A stretch of 64,000 nucleotides of DNA. Source: Synechococcales cyanobacterium VAR_4_metabat_354. Its GTDB lineage: Bacteria; Cyanobacteriota; Cyanobacteriia; Cyanobacteriales; Chamaesiphonaceae. Within the stretch, counting starts at the first letter, position 1. The number at the start of each line of letters is the position of its first letter. The notes beneath the pieces are model-generated. The model was not told the DNA's origin, searched no databases, and was given only the letters and a program-made list of their open reading frames with translations. Shown here piece after piece: positions 21,311-31,403 of the stretch. The stretch lies in NCBI GenBank assembly GCA_031414775.1, contig JANOQI010000054.1, forward strand, positions 32,001 through 96,000. Reading direction: 5' to 3'. The position numbers and the translations under genes are program-made.

Positions 21311-22216
21311 ATGAAAAATCGTAATCAGGCGCAGCGAGGTCGTTTTCGACGACAACAATTAGTCCAAATCCAGAGCCGTGATGGGAAGTTTCATATTCCC
21401 AATATGGGTGCTTGGTATACCTATTGGCGCGATCCTTATCATTTGTTTTTGACGATTCCGTGGGCGGGCTTTGCTGGCATTGTGACGGTGGCATATCTAG
21501 GGATCAATGCTCTCTTTGCCCTGGCTTATTTGGCTGGTGGGAACTGCTTAGAGGGGGCGAGAGCGGGTAGTTTTGCGGATGCTTTCTTTTTTAGCGTGCA
21601 AACTCTGGGATCGATCGGCTATGGTGCCATGCATCCAATTACTTTTTATGCCAATTGCGTGGTGACGGCGGAAGCAATTATCAGTTTATTGCTAATTGCT
21701 GTTGTTACGGGGCTGGCTTTTGCCCGCTTTTCTCGCCCTCAGGCCAAAGTAATTTTTAGCAATGAAGCGGTGATCACTAAATATAATGGGGTGCCAACTT
21801 TGATGTTTCGGATTGCCAACGAGCGGCAAAATATGATTATTGAAGCTCAGCTCCAAGTCTATTTGTTGGTGGATGAGACCACTCAAGAAGGCCATTTTAT
21901 GCGTCGTTTTCACGAACTGAAGATGATGCGTAATCGCACCCCTGCTCTTAGTCTCACTTGGACACCGCTGCATTCGATCGATCAAGATAGTCCGCTGTTC
22001 GGTCATACTCCTGAGTCTTTAGCCCAGCTGAATGCCCAAATTCAGGCTTCAATTACCGGTATCGATGAGGCTGTTTCTTACAATATTAGTGCTCGTCATA
22101 ACTATGCCAGTCATGAAATTCTTTATCACCACCGCTTTGTCGATATTGTAGTGCCTCAAGCTAATGGCGATCGACATATCGACTATCGGCATTTTCATAC
22201 CGTGGTGCCCAGCTAA
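21311..22216 (+). CDS. Inward-rectifier (KirBac-type) potassium channel
   Basis: FFFSVQTLGSIGYG filter region, FARFSRP and PTLMFRIANER cytoplasmic-domain motifs. Confidence 0.9.
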   Translation: MKNRNQAQRGRFRRQQLVQIQSRDGKFHIPNMGAWYTYWRDPYHLFLTIPWAGFAGIVTVAYLGINALFALAYLAGGNCLEGARAGSFADAFFFSVQTLGSIGYGAMHPITFYANCVVTAEAIISLLLIAVVTGLAFARFSRPQAKVIFSNEAVITKYNGVPTLMFRIANERQNMIIEAQLQVYLLVDETTQEGHFMRRFHELKMMRNRTPALSLTWTPLHSIDQDSPLFGHTPESLAQLNAQIQASITGIDEAVSYNISARHNYASHEILYHHRFVDIVVPQANGDRHIDYRHFHTVVPS

Positions 22217-23487
22217 CTGCCCATAATTTGTTTGAGCACTGAGGAATCTACTTTACCAAAATGGATACTGCTAGCTGCTTGCCAATTTTCAAAGAATTTA
22301 ATCAGCCATGGTACCTGATCGCGATTGGTTTGGTAGTAGTGATTAAAGAGAATAGATAAGCGGTGATTGAGAGAAGTTTGGGCTTTGGGGCAAATAAAAA
22401 TAATCTTGAGCAGCAACCCCACTGTAGCTGCCGAGCCAAAATTGGATACCAGATCGATGAGCACCACATGGTTTGGTCGTTCTGCGCTATCGATTACTAA
22501 GAAATTCAATAGTTGGGTGTAAGTACGTACCTGAGATAACTCATCTAAGGGTTTAGGATGATTTTCTGGTAGAATATCGCGCAGGTGATGTTTGAGGCGA
22601 GTTTTAAAGCTTTGCTGAGCATAGACTGAGGTGTTGAAATCTTTGCTGAGATAGATATATAGGTTTTCTTTAAACTCGCCAAAAGTCATCGGTTGTTGCA
22701 TGAGCACCAAAAAGGCACAAGCGCTATCCCAATAGCTATCCCCATCTTTGGGTTGACTCACAAAAGACTGTAAGGAAATACCAAAGTCCCGACTTTTCAG
22801 CATCGTGGGATTAGCTACTGGCACGATCGTTTTTTGGGGATCGGGGTGCTGTTTTAGCCGAGCTTTCCGAATTTGATAGGTAAGGTACTGAGAGAATCTA
22901 AATTCATAATCGCGCTGTGACCGTCTCTTGATTCTTTGGACTACTTCTAAATAATTTTTCGGCACATCTTCAGACAGCAAATTAGACTCATAAAGAAATG
23001 GGTAGCGGTCTATTAAGGTGCCTAGGATCGGATTGGCATTCAGATCAGTCGATCGTCGTGTCACAATGTTCTGGAGTTTGCGTAGCCGCTGAAAATACTC
23101 ACTTTGGGCGTAGAGTTTCCACAGATAATTTAAGCGCCGGGGCAATTTGGCGTAGATTTGTTCTTTGCCATTTTCTACTTTGAGAATGATGTCGATGAGC
23201 TGGCTCACAAATGATGTGTGGCCAGTAGTCAGCCAGTGGGTAATCAGCTGGTAGCAACATCGATCGATAATTTTTAAAAATTCGCGCTCGGCACTTCGCT
23301 CTTTACTCAAGGCTAACTCTTCTACGGCCACACCAACCAGCAGATCAGGATTTCCAGAACCTTCAATGAAAAGATTTTGAAACAACTCCAACGTTTTGTC
23401 AGTGGTGTTTTCTCGCAAACTAGATTCTAGCCAACTATCAATAGATGTTGCGGTGCGCGAATTGGATTGCCAGCTAGACGTAACCAT
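22213..23487 (-). CDS. Conserved hypothetical cyanobacterial protein
   Basis: Long helical ORF with LI.RYPFLY, NPT.L and RLSILFNHY blocks; start placed at ATG 23487. Confidence 0.65.
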   Translation of the reverse strand: MVTSSWQSNSRTATSIDSWLESSLRENTTDKTLELFQNLFIEGSGNPDLLVGVAVEELALSKERSAEREFLKIIDRCCYQLITHWLTTGHTSFVSQLIDIILKVENGKEQIYAKLPRRLNYLWKLYAQSEYFQRLRKLQNIVTRRSTDLNANPILGTLIDRYPFLYESNLLSEDVPKNYLEVVQRIKRRSQRDYEFRFSQYLTYQIRKARLKQHPDPQKTIVPVANPTMLKSRDFGISLQSFVSQPKDGDSYWDSACAFLVLMQQPMTFGEFKENLYIYLSKDFNTSVYAQQSFKTRLKHHLRDILPENHPKPLDELSQVRTYTQLLNFLVIDSAERPNHVVLIDLVSNFGSAATVGLLLKIIFICPKAQTSLNHRLSILFNHYYQTNRDQVPWLIKFFENWQAASSIHFGKVDSSVLKQIMGS

Positions 23488-23677
23488 GGAGGAGTCCCTA
23501 AAAAGTATGTATAGGCCGTTGTAAAACGATGTATTTCTACATCCACATCCGATCTCTAATATGCCCAAGGGGTTAAAAAACTATCAATTTCTTTAGATCT
23601 TTCAGACATTTATCAGTTTCCGAAGCACTCGATCGATGATAATTTAACCTGATGAAGCAAGCGCAAACGAGCAGATC

Positions 23678-24448
23678 ATGGCGGCACCACAATTAAACAC
23701 AATCCAACTCGGTAGCAGTGGCCATCCGCTGCTGATGCTACATGGTTGGGGACAAAATCTTCGCTCCCTGCAACCGATGGGGGAGCTACTGGCTGATATG
23801 GCTCAGATTCACATTCTGGATTTGCCGGGATTTGGCAAGTCGGAGCCGCCCTCAGAAGATTGGAATACTACTCAATATGCCGATCGGGTGGTGGCTTATA
23901 TGGATGAGCATGGCATCGCCAGAACTGACTTGTTAGGTCATTCCTTTGGGGGGCGGGTATCGATGCGATTGGCACATAAATATCCCGATCGAGTGCGATC
24001 AATCATTATGATTAATTCCGGTGGTCTCCAGAGCAAAAAAACTTGGCAAAAGTCATTGCGTAGTCAATGGATTAAGACCATGCGCGGGGCTTTTAAGGTT
24101 TCGCCAATCAACAAGCAAGCTTTGCTAGACTGGCACAGTCAAAAATATGGCTCGCGAGATTATCTCAATGCTGGCCAACTGCGAGGCACTTTGGTAAAAA
24201 CAGTCCGAGAAGACGTGACAGACATCGTGCCGCAGATTAAAGCACCCGTGTTGCTGTTGTGGGGCGAAGCCGACACCGAAACGCCGGTAGAGATGGCGCA
24301 TCGCTATCATCGACTGTTTCCCAATTCGCAGCTAATTACGGTGCCCCGACGGGATCACTTTATCTATCAAAACGAGGGAGCACACCTTTGTGCTTACTAT
24401 GTACAGCAGTTTCTGACTGCTCAAAATGCTGTTCTCACCGCTGTTTAA
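23678..24448 (+). CDS. Alpha/beta fold hydrolase
   Basis: LHGWG, DLPGFG, GHSFGG nucleophile elbow, WGEAD and DHF (Ser-Asp-His triad). Confidence 0.9.
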   Translation: MAAPQLNTIQLGSSGHPLLMLHGWGQNLRSLQPMGELLADMAQIHILDLPGFGKSEPPSEDWNTTQYADRVVAYMDEHGIARTDLLGHSFGGRVSMRLAHKYPDRVRSIIMINSGGLQSKKTWQKSLRSQWIKTMRGAFKVSPINKQALLDWHSQKYGSRDYLNAGQLRGTLVKTVREDVTDIVPQIKAPVLLLWGEADTETPVEMAHRYHRLFPNSQLITVPRRDHFIYQNEGAHLCAYYVQQFLTAQNAVLTAV

Positions 24449-24467
24449 CTAAATACTTGCTGCTCCC

Positions 24468-26102
24468 ATGTCTTTTCCCTTTCTAATTTTGGCGATTATT
24501 GCCAGTAGCGTCGTCCTCTTTTACGTGCGCCGATCGCTACGTTACCTTCAGTTTTTTCAGCAGGAAGAATATAACTCCAGTCGCTTCATTAACTGGTGGC
24601 TAGAAAAACGGGCTTTTGATACCCGTGGTTCATTGGTGGCAATAATTACGGGCGGTATCAGTCTGGCGCTGGCGGCTTATGCCTGGGGAACAGTAGGCGT
24701 GAGCTTATTGGGAGGTATTTTATTAATTGCAGCGTCTTGGACGGAAGATGACCCACGCAAAGTCGGGAAAATTAAGCTGAATATGACCGATCGATTAACT
24801 GCTATTTATCAGCTATCGATCGTCCTCTACAGCGTCGTAGTAATCGGGATTCTGGCCTTAATTGTGGGCTTTGGTTTTGGCGCTGCGCCGATTCTGTGGC
24901 TGGTTACGCTGACGCTAATTCAAAGCACGCCACTCTGGATTATGTTGGCCAATGCCATCCTCTGGCCAGCAGAAGAGAAAAAACAACAGGCTTTTTTGAG
25001 TGAGGCCAAGGAAATCTTGGCCGACTACGATCCTTATGTGATCGGGATTACCGGCAGTTATGGTAAGACCAGTACCAAGGCAATTTTGGGCAGTTTGTTG
25101 GAAGCGATCGAACCCACTTTCTGGACTCCTGGTAGCATCAACACCGAAATGGGGATTACCCGCCAAATTCGAGAAAATCTCAAACGCCAGCAGCGTCTCG
25201 CCATTATTGAAATGGGCGCTTATCAGATGGGATCGATTTCCAAGCTTTGTCGGCTAACCCCGCCGGATGCTGGTTTGGTGACCGCCGTCGGCGTGATGCA
25301 CTTAGAAAGATTTGGCGGTGCCGAGAATATCTATAAAGCTAAGTGTGAATTACCTCAAGCCTTACCCGCCGAAGGTTTGTTGGTGTGCAATGGCGATAAC
25401 CCTGGCGCTAGGCAAATGGCTACCGATTATCCGAAAGCGCGGACGCTTTTGTACGGTTTAGAGCCAGAAAAAGGACATCTAGATTGCTGGATGTCGGAGA
25501 TTGCGGCGACGATGCAGGGCACGACCTTTAATCTACATTGGCAAGATCAAGTCTATCCAGGGTTTACCAAGTTGTTGGGCGTGCCGATGCTCTCCAACTT
25601 AGTGGGAGCCTTTGCGATGGCCTGCGCTTTGGGGAAAAGCCCCGAGTATGTGATGGCCGCCATTCGCAGTATTGAACCAGCCAATAATCGCCTAAATTTG
25701 CGGAAAAACGGTGATGGCTTTATTTTGGATGATTCTTACAATTCCAATCCGATCGGCTTTGTCTCGGCACTGGAAGTTCTCGGGACTTTAGCCGGGGGTC
25801 GCAAGATTTTGATGACTCCAGGGATGGTGGAATTGGGCGAAATTCAGGCTGCGGAAAATCGTCAAGCTGCTTTAAAGGCCGCTGAAATCTGCGACTTAGT
25901 AATTCTAGTCGGCGACACTAACCGCGCTGCGCTGCGTTCCGGTTTGAAAGATGGTGGTTTACCGGCAGCGCAAATCTTAGAATTCGACAACCGCGATTTA
26001 GCACTGGCGCATCTGATGGATGCTAAGTTCAAGCAGCCCGGCGATTTGATTTTGATTGAGAATGACCTGCCCGACCTCTACGAAGCTGAAGCCAAATTTT
26101 AA
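24468..26102 (+). CDS. murF: MurF-like Mur ligase with N-terminal membrane domain
   Basis: GITGSYGKTSTK P-loop, IEMGAY, HLERF, DDSYNSNP, TPGMVELG and ENDLPD motifs; several TM helices in the first ~165 aa. Confidence 0.82.
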   Translation: MSFPFLILAIIASSVVLFYVRRSLRYLQFFQQEEYNSSRFINWWLEKRAFDTRGSLVAIITGGISLALAAYAWGTVGVSLLGGILLIAASWTEDDPRKVGKIKLNMTDRLTAIYQLSIVLYSVVVIGILALIVGFGFGAAPILWLVTLTLIQSTPLWIMLANAILWPAEEKKQQAFLSEAKEILADYDPYVIGITGSYGKTSTKAILGSLLEAIEPTFWTPGSINTEMGITRQIRENLKRQQRLAIIEMGAYQMGSISKLCRLTPPDAGLVTAVGVMHLERFGGAENIYKAKCELPQALPAEGLLVCNGDNPGARQMATDYPKARTLLYGLEPEKGHLDCWMSEIAATMQGTTFNLHWQDQVYPGFTKLLGVPMLSNLVGAFAMACALGKSPEYVMAAIRSIEPANNRLNLRKNGDGFILDDSYNSNPIGFVSALEVLGTLAGGRKILMTPGMVELGEIQAAENRQAALKAAEICDLVILVGDTNRAALRSGLKDGGLPAAQILEFDNRDLALAHLMDAKFKQPGDLILIENDLPDLYEAEAKF

Positions 26103-26117
26103 TCTGTAACTAAAATT

Positions 26118-27326
26118 ATGAGTAAGAAAAAAAATATTGCAGTTTTATTTGGTGGTCGATCAGTCGAACACGAAATCTCGGTAATTACGGCTTTGCAGCT
26201 GATCAACGTGCTAGATGTCACCCAATACAATCCAGTGCCGGTCTATATTGCCCAATCTGGTCGTTGGTATGTGGGAGATCGGCTCCTAGAAAAATCGTTT
26301 TATCGGGGCTTACCTGGCGCGGTGCGAGAAGTTCAAGAAGTAGCACTGATTCCGATCGCTGGCAGTAAGGGCTTAACGGTAATTAATCCCAAGCGTGGTT
26401 TGTTTGGTTTTGGTCAGGTCGCTGCCGAAATAGTACCGATCGATGTCTACTTTTTGGCTTTCCATGGGACCTTCGGCGAAGATGGCTGTATTCAAGGAAT
26501 GCTGGAGATGGCCGATGCCACCTACACGGGCTGTACGGTGTTGCCAGCAGCTTTGGGCATGAACAAGTACAAGTGTAAAAAGGTACTAGCCGCCGTAGGC
26601 ATTCCAGTGTTACCAGCCGGGTTGGTTGATCGATCGATCGCTCAAAAAAGTCTAGCGCAAGTGCGGGAACAGATTTTTGCCACGCCCGGTTTAGAGCAAC
26701 TACCGCTATTTGTGAAGCCTTGTAATTTGGGTTCCAGTATTGGGATTGGGGTGGCCACCGACGAAGCTTCTTTGAATGGTTGTTTGGTAAATACTTTTCG
26801 GTATGATTCGCAAGCGATCGTGGAACCCTGCGTGAAGGACATTATTGAAATTAATGTATCGGTGGTGGGCGATGAAGATGGGGTGACGGCTTCGGTAGTA
26901 GAAATGCCGGTGTCTTTGAGTGGGGTTTTGACCTATGAAGAGAAGTATCTCCGCGATGATGGCGCGAAGAAAAATAGTGATAGCGATGCTCAGGGGATGG
27001 CGAATCTAGCGCGGATTATTGACCCACCGGATCTTGATCCGGCGCTGAAGCAAGCGGGGATTGACTATGCCAAAAAGGCTTTTCAAACGTTGGGCTGTAG
27101 TGGTGTTTCCCGGATTGATTTTATTATTGATAGCAATACCGATCAGCTGTATTTCAATGAAATCAATACATTACCAGGATCGTTGTCTTTCTATTTGTGG
27201 ATGAAGTCACAACCAAAGGTGGTGTATACGGAGTTGCTGAATAGGATTATTCAGCAGGCGGAGAAGCGGCAGGGAACGAAGTTGTCGTTGAAGCGGCAGG
27301 AGGGAATGCGGGCTTTGTTCAAGTAG
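26118..27326 (+). CDS. ddl: D-alanine--D-alanine ligase family protein
   Basis: FGGRSVEHEIS, HGTFGEDGCIQG, VKPCNLGSSIGI, TYEEKY, SRIDF and NEINTLPG motifs. Confidence 0.88.
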   Translation: MSKKKNIAVLFGGRSVEHEISVITALQLINVLDVTQYNPVPVYIAQSGRWYVGDRLLEKSFYRGLPGAVREVQEVALIPIAGSKGLTVINPKRGLFGFGQVAAEIVPIDVYFLAFHGTFGEDGCIQGMLEMADATYTGCTVLPAALGMNKYKCKKVLAAVGIPVLPAGLVDRSIAQKSLAQVREQIFATPGLEQLPLFVKPCNLGSSIGIGVATDEASLNGCLVNTFRYDSQAIVEPCVKDIIEINVSVVGDEDGVTASVVEMPVSLSGVLTYEEKYLRDDGAKKNSDSDAQGMANLARIIDPPDLDPALKQAGIDYAKKAFQTLGCSGVSRIDFIIDSNTDQLYFNEINTLPGSLSFYLWMKSQPKVVYTELLNRIIQQAEKRQGTKLSLKRQEGMRALFK

Positions 27327-27416
27327 TTTACATCACGTTTCAGCCAATTTACCCTAATTTGTAAAGTGATCAAGCCGTATGCAATCCAGCGTCACCCCAA
27401 CAGAATTCAGCAATAT

Positions 27417-29084
27417 TTAAACTCCAGTCAAAAACCTCGTATAACTAGCGACCACCGCCATCATTGTCGGGAAGAATTGTTTAGCTCCCACCTGTTCGAC
27501 AAAACCAGCGCGTTGTAACTCGGCAAAAATTCGGGGTTTCACGGCCACGAAACCAAGCACCATTCCTTGCTGAGCTAGTTCATCATGTAAATCTACTAAC
27601 ATCTCGATCGCAGTGATATCTATTGCTCCGATCGCTTCCGCATTTAAGATCAACCACCTCACGGGTGAATGTGCTTGTTCCAGAGCAGCGCGCACCCGAC
27701 TGTTAAAATTGTCAGCATTACCAAAAAACAGCGGCGCATCGTAACGATAAACTACCAACCCTGGCATCTTTATAATCGGAGAGTTGCTGCCAACATATTC
27801 CCCGGCTGGCCTATCTAGCGATTTTTCCCAGACCGCATCCGTCGGGTTAGCCATCCGGAGCAAAAACTCCAGTAGCGATAGCAGCATTGCTACCAATACA
27901 CCAGTCGTAATACTAGTAAAGAGCACGCCCACACTAGTCACCAGTGCCAACATAAATTCACTGAGCCGAAAGCGGTAGAGCCGCACAAATTCGGGAATTT
28001 CAATCAGGCGGCTGGCCGCATAGATGACGATCGATCCTAAAGCAGCTTTCGGAAACAAGGCTAAGACTGGCCGCAGGAAAAGCAGCACCAGAATCACTAC
28101 CACCAAGGCCACCACTGAAAACAATTGGGTCTTACTGCCTAGTGATTCACCCAGCGCTGTCCGACTACCACTACTGCTAATCGGAAAGCCCTGCATCAAG
28201 CCATTGCCCAGGTTACAGCAACCGAGAGCCAGTAATTCTTGATTGGCATCAATTTGATAGCCATTCCGACTGGCAAAAGCGCGAGCAGTCAGGACATTAT
28301 CGGCATATCCGACCAGTGCAATACCCAATGCGGCAATGGTGAGAGCTTGAATGTTGTCGAGCGATACCGGCGGCAAGGCTAAACTGGGCAGCCCCGCCGG
28401 GATATCCCCAATAATCTGGATACCAGCCTGATCGAGGTGCCCAGCAGCCACGGCACTGGTTGCTAGTAACACCGCCAAGAGAGGAGCCGGTGCTTGGGGA
28501 GCAAGCCGCTGTAAGCTATACATCAGAAATAATACCGCCAAGGCTAGGGTCAAGGTGGGGAGATGAATCTGCTCCCACTTGCTCACCAATTCACTGATCG
28601 TGCCGCCGATCGAAGTAGCCGTCAGGGACAAGTTAGTAATGTTACTCAATTGCCCCACCATCATCAGTAGCGAGACCCCAGTCATATACCCAATTAAAAT
28701 TGGTTTGGAGAGCAGATTAGCCAAATATCCCAAGCGTAGAATATAGCCCATCAAACAAATGATTCCTACCATCAGGGCGAGCAATGATGCTAGACCAGCA
28801 TAGTTATCACCGATAGCCAACGGTGCAATGGTTGCCGCCGTTAACAGGGCGGTACCAGATTCTGGTCCTACCGATAGCTGGCGCGATGAACCCAGAAAAG
28901 TGTACAGAAACAGGGGCAGCAAAATTGCCCAGAGACCAGCTACCGGTTGCACCCCGGCTAATTCTCCATAGGCCATGCATTGCGGAATTAAGTAGGCTGC
29001 AACAGTGATGCCAGCTAGTAGGTCGCCCCGTAACCAAGTGGATTGGTAAAAGAATAATGTTGGCAATCCAGGCAGTTTAGGCAA
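27417..29084 (-). CDS. SulP/SLC26 inorganic anion transporter with STAS domain
   Basis: DLLAGITVA..IPQ.MAY, GSSRQLSVGP, NQELLALG, SSGSRT; STAS motifs APLFFGNA and IDITA. Confidence 0.9.
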   Translation of the reverse strand: MPKLPGLPTLFFYQSTWLRGDLLAGITVAAYLIPQCMAYGELAGVQPVAGLWAILLPLFLYTFLGSSRQLSVGPESGTALLTAATIAPLAIGDNYAGLASLLALMVGIICLMGYILRLGYLANLLSKPILIGYMTGVSLLMMVGQLSNITNLSLTATSIGGTISELVSKWEQIHLPTLTLALAVLFLMYSLQRLAPQAPAPLLAVLLATSAVAAGHLDQAGIQIIGDIPAGLPSLALPPVSLDNIQALTIAALGIALVGYADNVLTARAFASRNGYQIDANQELLALGCCNLGNGLMQGFPISSSGSRTALGESLGSKTQLFSVVALVVVILVLLFLRPVLALFPKAALGSIVIYAASRLIEIPEFVRLYRFRLSEFMLALVTSVGVLFTSITTGVLVAMLLSLLEFLLRMANPTDAVWEKSLDRPAGEYVGSNSPIIKMPGLVVYRYDAPLFFGNADNFNSRVRAALEQAHSPVRWLILNAEAIGAIDITAIEMLVDLHDELAQQGMVLGFVAVKPRIFAELQRAGFVEQVGAKQFFPTMMAVVASYTRFLTGV

Positions 29085-29175
29085 GCGACATTCTCACGAA
29101 ATAATCATACTAAATGTAATTCAAGGGCATCGGGTTGCGCAAAAACTCATAAAATCTATTTTATCGATCGATAGC

Positions 29176-29204
29176 AAAACCCCGACCAAATCAGCCGGGG
29201 TTTT
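29176..29204. terminator. Intrinsic terminator-like hairpin
   Basis: AAAACCCCG...CGGGGTTTT inverted repeat just downstream of the 29228 ORF. Confidence 0.65.
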
Positions 29205-29227
29205 GAGCAATTCAAAAATACTGAGAA

Positions 29228-29431
29228 TTAACAGCCTTGCCGAGAAGATAGCTTCTCGCACTGGGCTTGAGTTTCTTGCAATAATACTTGTAAGCTATCG
29301 CCGGACTGCATTAAGTCTGGTACTAAATTACGCGCTTGTAGAGCCATATGCAGTTGCAAATGCGCTACATAGTCACTAATCTCGGCACCGAGGGACGGCT
29401 CTAACTGAGGTGGAGTGTTGGGCGTTTCCAT
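29228..29431 (-). CDS. Small conserved hypothetical protein
   Basis: EISDYVAHLQLHMALQARNLVP block; followed by a terminator; start placed at ATG 29431. Confidence 0.6.
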   Translation of the reverse strand: METPNTPPQLEPSLGAEISDYVAHLQLHMALQARNLVPDLMQSGDSLQVLLQETQAQCEKLSSRQGC

Positions 29432-29528
29432 CTGTAATTGTGTGTTCGGTAAACAAAAAGTATCACAATACATTCACTTACTGCCAGATCTTGCAAACAA
29501 ACGTTTACAAACTCAAGTTACCCCGCAG

Positions 29529-30758
29529 CTAGTTGATTAGCAACACAACCACTTCATTGCCTGCTAATACCTGCTGAACACCTACAGGCATTAGGGCTAG
29601 TCCATTAGCCAACGCTAAATTAATTAAATTGCCAGAATTATGACCACCAGCCACTGGCATAAATTGATAACGACCCTGGACGCAGCTGACTTGACCCCAC
29701 AAATAGTTTTCCCGTTGGCCATTGGAGAACAGGGATTGGGTCGTAATGGCATTTTGCCAAGCTAATTGGGGTTCTGGTACGCCCGCTAAACGCTGGAAAC
29801 TCAAATACACAAAGCGCCAGCAGCTGACCAAGGCGGACACCGGATTTCCTGGTAGTCCAAAATAAATGATCGATCGATCCTGCCGTTCAAAAGTGGCAAC
29901 GGTGAGAGGCTTACCTGGTTTCACAGCCACAGCGGTCAGATGAATATGACCACCCAGTTCGGCTAACACTCGATCGACATAATCGAAATCGCCAACCGAC
30001 ACGCCGCCAGTAGACAAAACAATATCAGCTTGATCGATCGCCTGTTGCATGGTGGCTGCTAAAGCCGCTGGCTGGTCGGGGACAATCTCCAAACAGATGG
30101 CCTCACCACCCCATTGCTGGACTAAAGCGGCTAAGGCATACTGATTGGAATTAACAATTTGCCCTGGTTGGAGGATCTGCTCAGGCGGCACCAATTCATC
30201 GCCAGTGGAGATGATAACGACCTTGGGTCGCGGGTAAACCTGAACTTCGGCATACTGGGCGGCGGCTAATACCGCGATCGCTGGCGGTAATAATCTAGTC
30301 CCAGTCGGTAATAACAGATCGCCACGGTGGGCATAATCGCCCTGTTTGCGCACAAATTGACCAAATGCCTGCGGTGCTTGTTGGATCGTCACCACTTCAC
30401 CGGCTAAGATGGTCTGCTCTTGCATGACGATCGTATCGGCTCCAGCGGGCAACATTGCCCCGGTAAAAATGCGCGCCGCTTCACCAAAACCAACTGGTTT
30501 AGTCGGTAGCACGCCAGCGGGAATGGTTTCTACTATTTTCAAACTAATCGGCTGGTCGGTAGCATTCGCCTGGAAATCTGACCACCGTACAGCGTAGCCA
30601 TCCATGGCGGAATTGTCCCAGTGGGGAAAATCTAGTTTACTAACAATAGGTTGTGCCAGGATCCGGTCTAATGCCTGATCCAAACTAACTGTTTCGGTGG
30701 TTAGCAGGGGCTTACTAAGAGCAAGAATGATCTGAGTTGCTTGGTCGGCAGTGAGCAT
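29529..30758 (-). CDS. moeA: Molybdopterin molybdotransferase
   Basis: SAMDGYA, IFTGAMLPAGAD, STGDEL, GGVSVGDFD, KPGKP and GLPGNPVS motifs. Confidence 0.95.
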   Translation of the reverse strand: MLTADQATQIILALSKPLLTTETVSLDQALDRILAQPIVSKLDFPHWDNSAMDGYAVRWSDFQANATDQPISLKIVETIPAGVLPTKPVGFGEAARIFTGAMLPAGADTIVMQEQTILAGEVVTIQQAPQAFGQFVRKQGDYAHRGDLLLPTGTRLLPPAIAVLAAAQYAEVQVYPRPKVVIISTGDELVPPEQILQPGQIVNSNQYALAALVQQWGGEAICLEIVPDQPAALAATMQQAIDQADIVLSTGGVSVGDFDYVDRVLAELGGHIHLTAVAVKPGKPLTVATFERQDRSIIYFGLPGNPVSALVSCWRFVYLSFQRLAGVPEPQLAWQNAITTQSLFSNGQRENYLWGQVSCVQGRYQFMPVAGGHNSGNLINLALANGLALMPVGVQQVLAGNEVVVLLIN

Positions 30759-30828
30759 AAAGATATTAAGGTTAACTTATAGGTTGATCGCACTTCACAC
30801 CGCATTGTAATTAGGTATTGGGTATTTC

Positions 30829-31368
30829 ATGGCCTCTGGGAAGAATCACGATCGCATTACTTTGGTTTGTCTCCCGGTGGTGGCTGGAGTTAGTTTGGTT
30901 ATCACCAAAAATACTGATCTCACGTTTTGGGCAGCTAGTAGCTTTCTTTTTAGTGGCCTCATGTTTGGCCCTGATCTAGATATTTACTCGCAGCAGTATC
31001 AGCGGTGGGGTTGGTTTCGGTGGCTGTGGCGACCTTATCAACGCTGTATTCGCCATCGATCGCCTCTTTCCCATGGTCCGCTGATTGGTACCATCCTGCG
31101 GATTTTATATCTTGGTCTGTGGCTGGGTTTGATTGGTTTTATTTACTTAGGCATTAGTCGATCGATCGGTCATAATCCTGGGATCGATCGACCGTTGCTA
31201 ACCCTGGCGCAAGAATTGATTATTAGTCACCAGCAACAAATACTAGCGGCCGTAGTTGGTCTAGAGTTAGGAGCCATGAGTCATTATCTCGCCGATATTT
31301 TCTCCTCCAAAATGAAGCAGTGGGGCAAACGCTCCACCGCTCGATCGACCAAAAAGAACAAAGTCTAA
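30829..31368 (+). CDS. Putative metal-binding membrane protein (DUF2227-like)
   Basis: MASGKNHDRIT, GPDLD, RWG...W.PY, HRS.LSHG and GAMSH..AD motifs. Confidence 0.8.
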   Translation: MASGKNHDRITLVCLPVVAGVSLVITKNTDLTFWAASSFLFSGLMFGPDLDIYSQQYQRWGWFRWLWRPYQRCIRHRSPLSHGPLIGTILRILYLGLWLGLIGFIYLGISRSIGHNPGIDRPLLTLAQELIISHQQQILAAVVGLELGAMSHYLADIFSSKMKQWGKRSTARSTKKNKV

Positions 31369-31403
31369 GCCTTAATTTTCTAGAGAATTCTAGCTAAAAA
31401 TTC

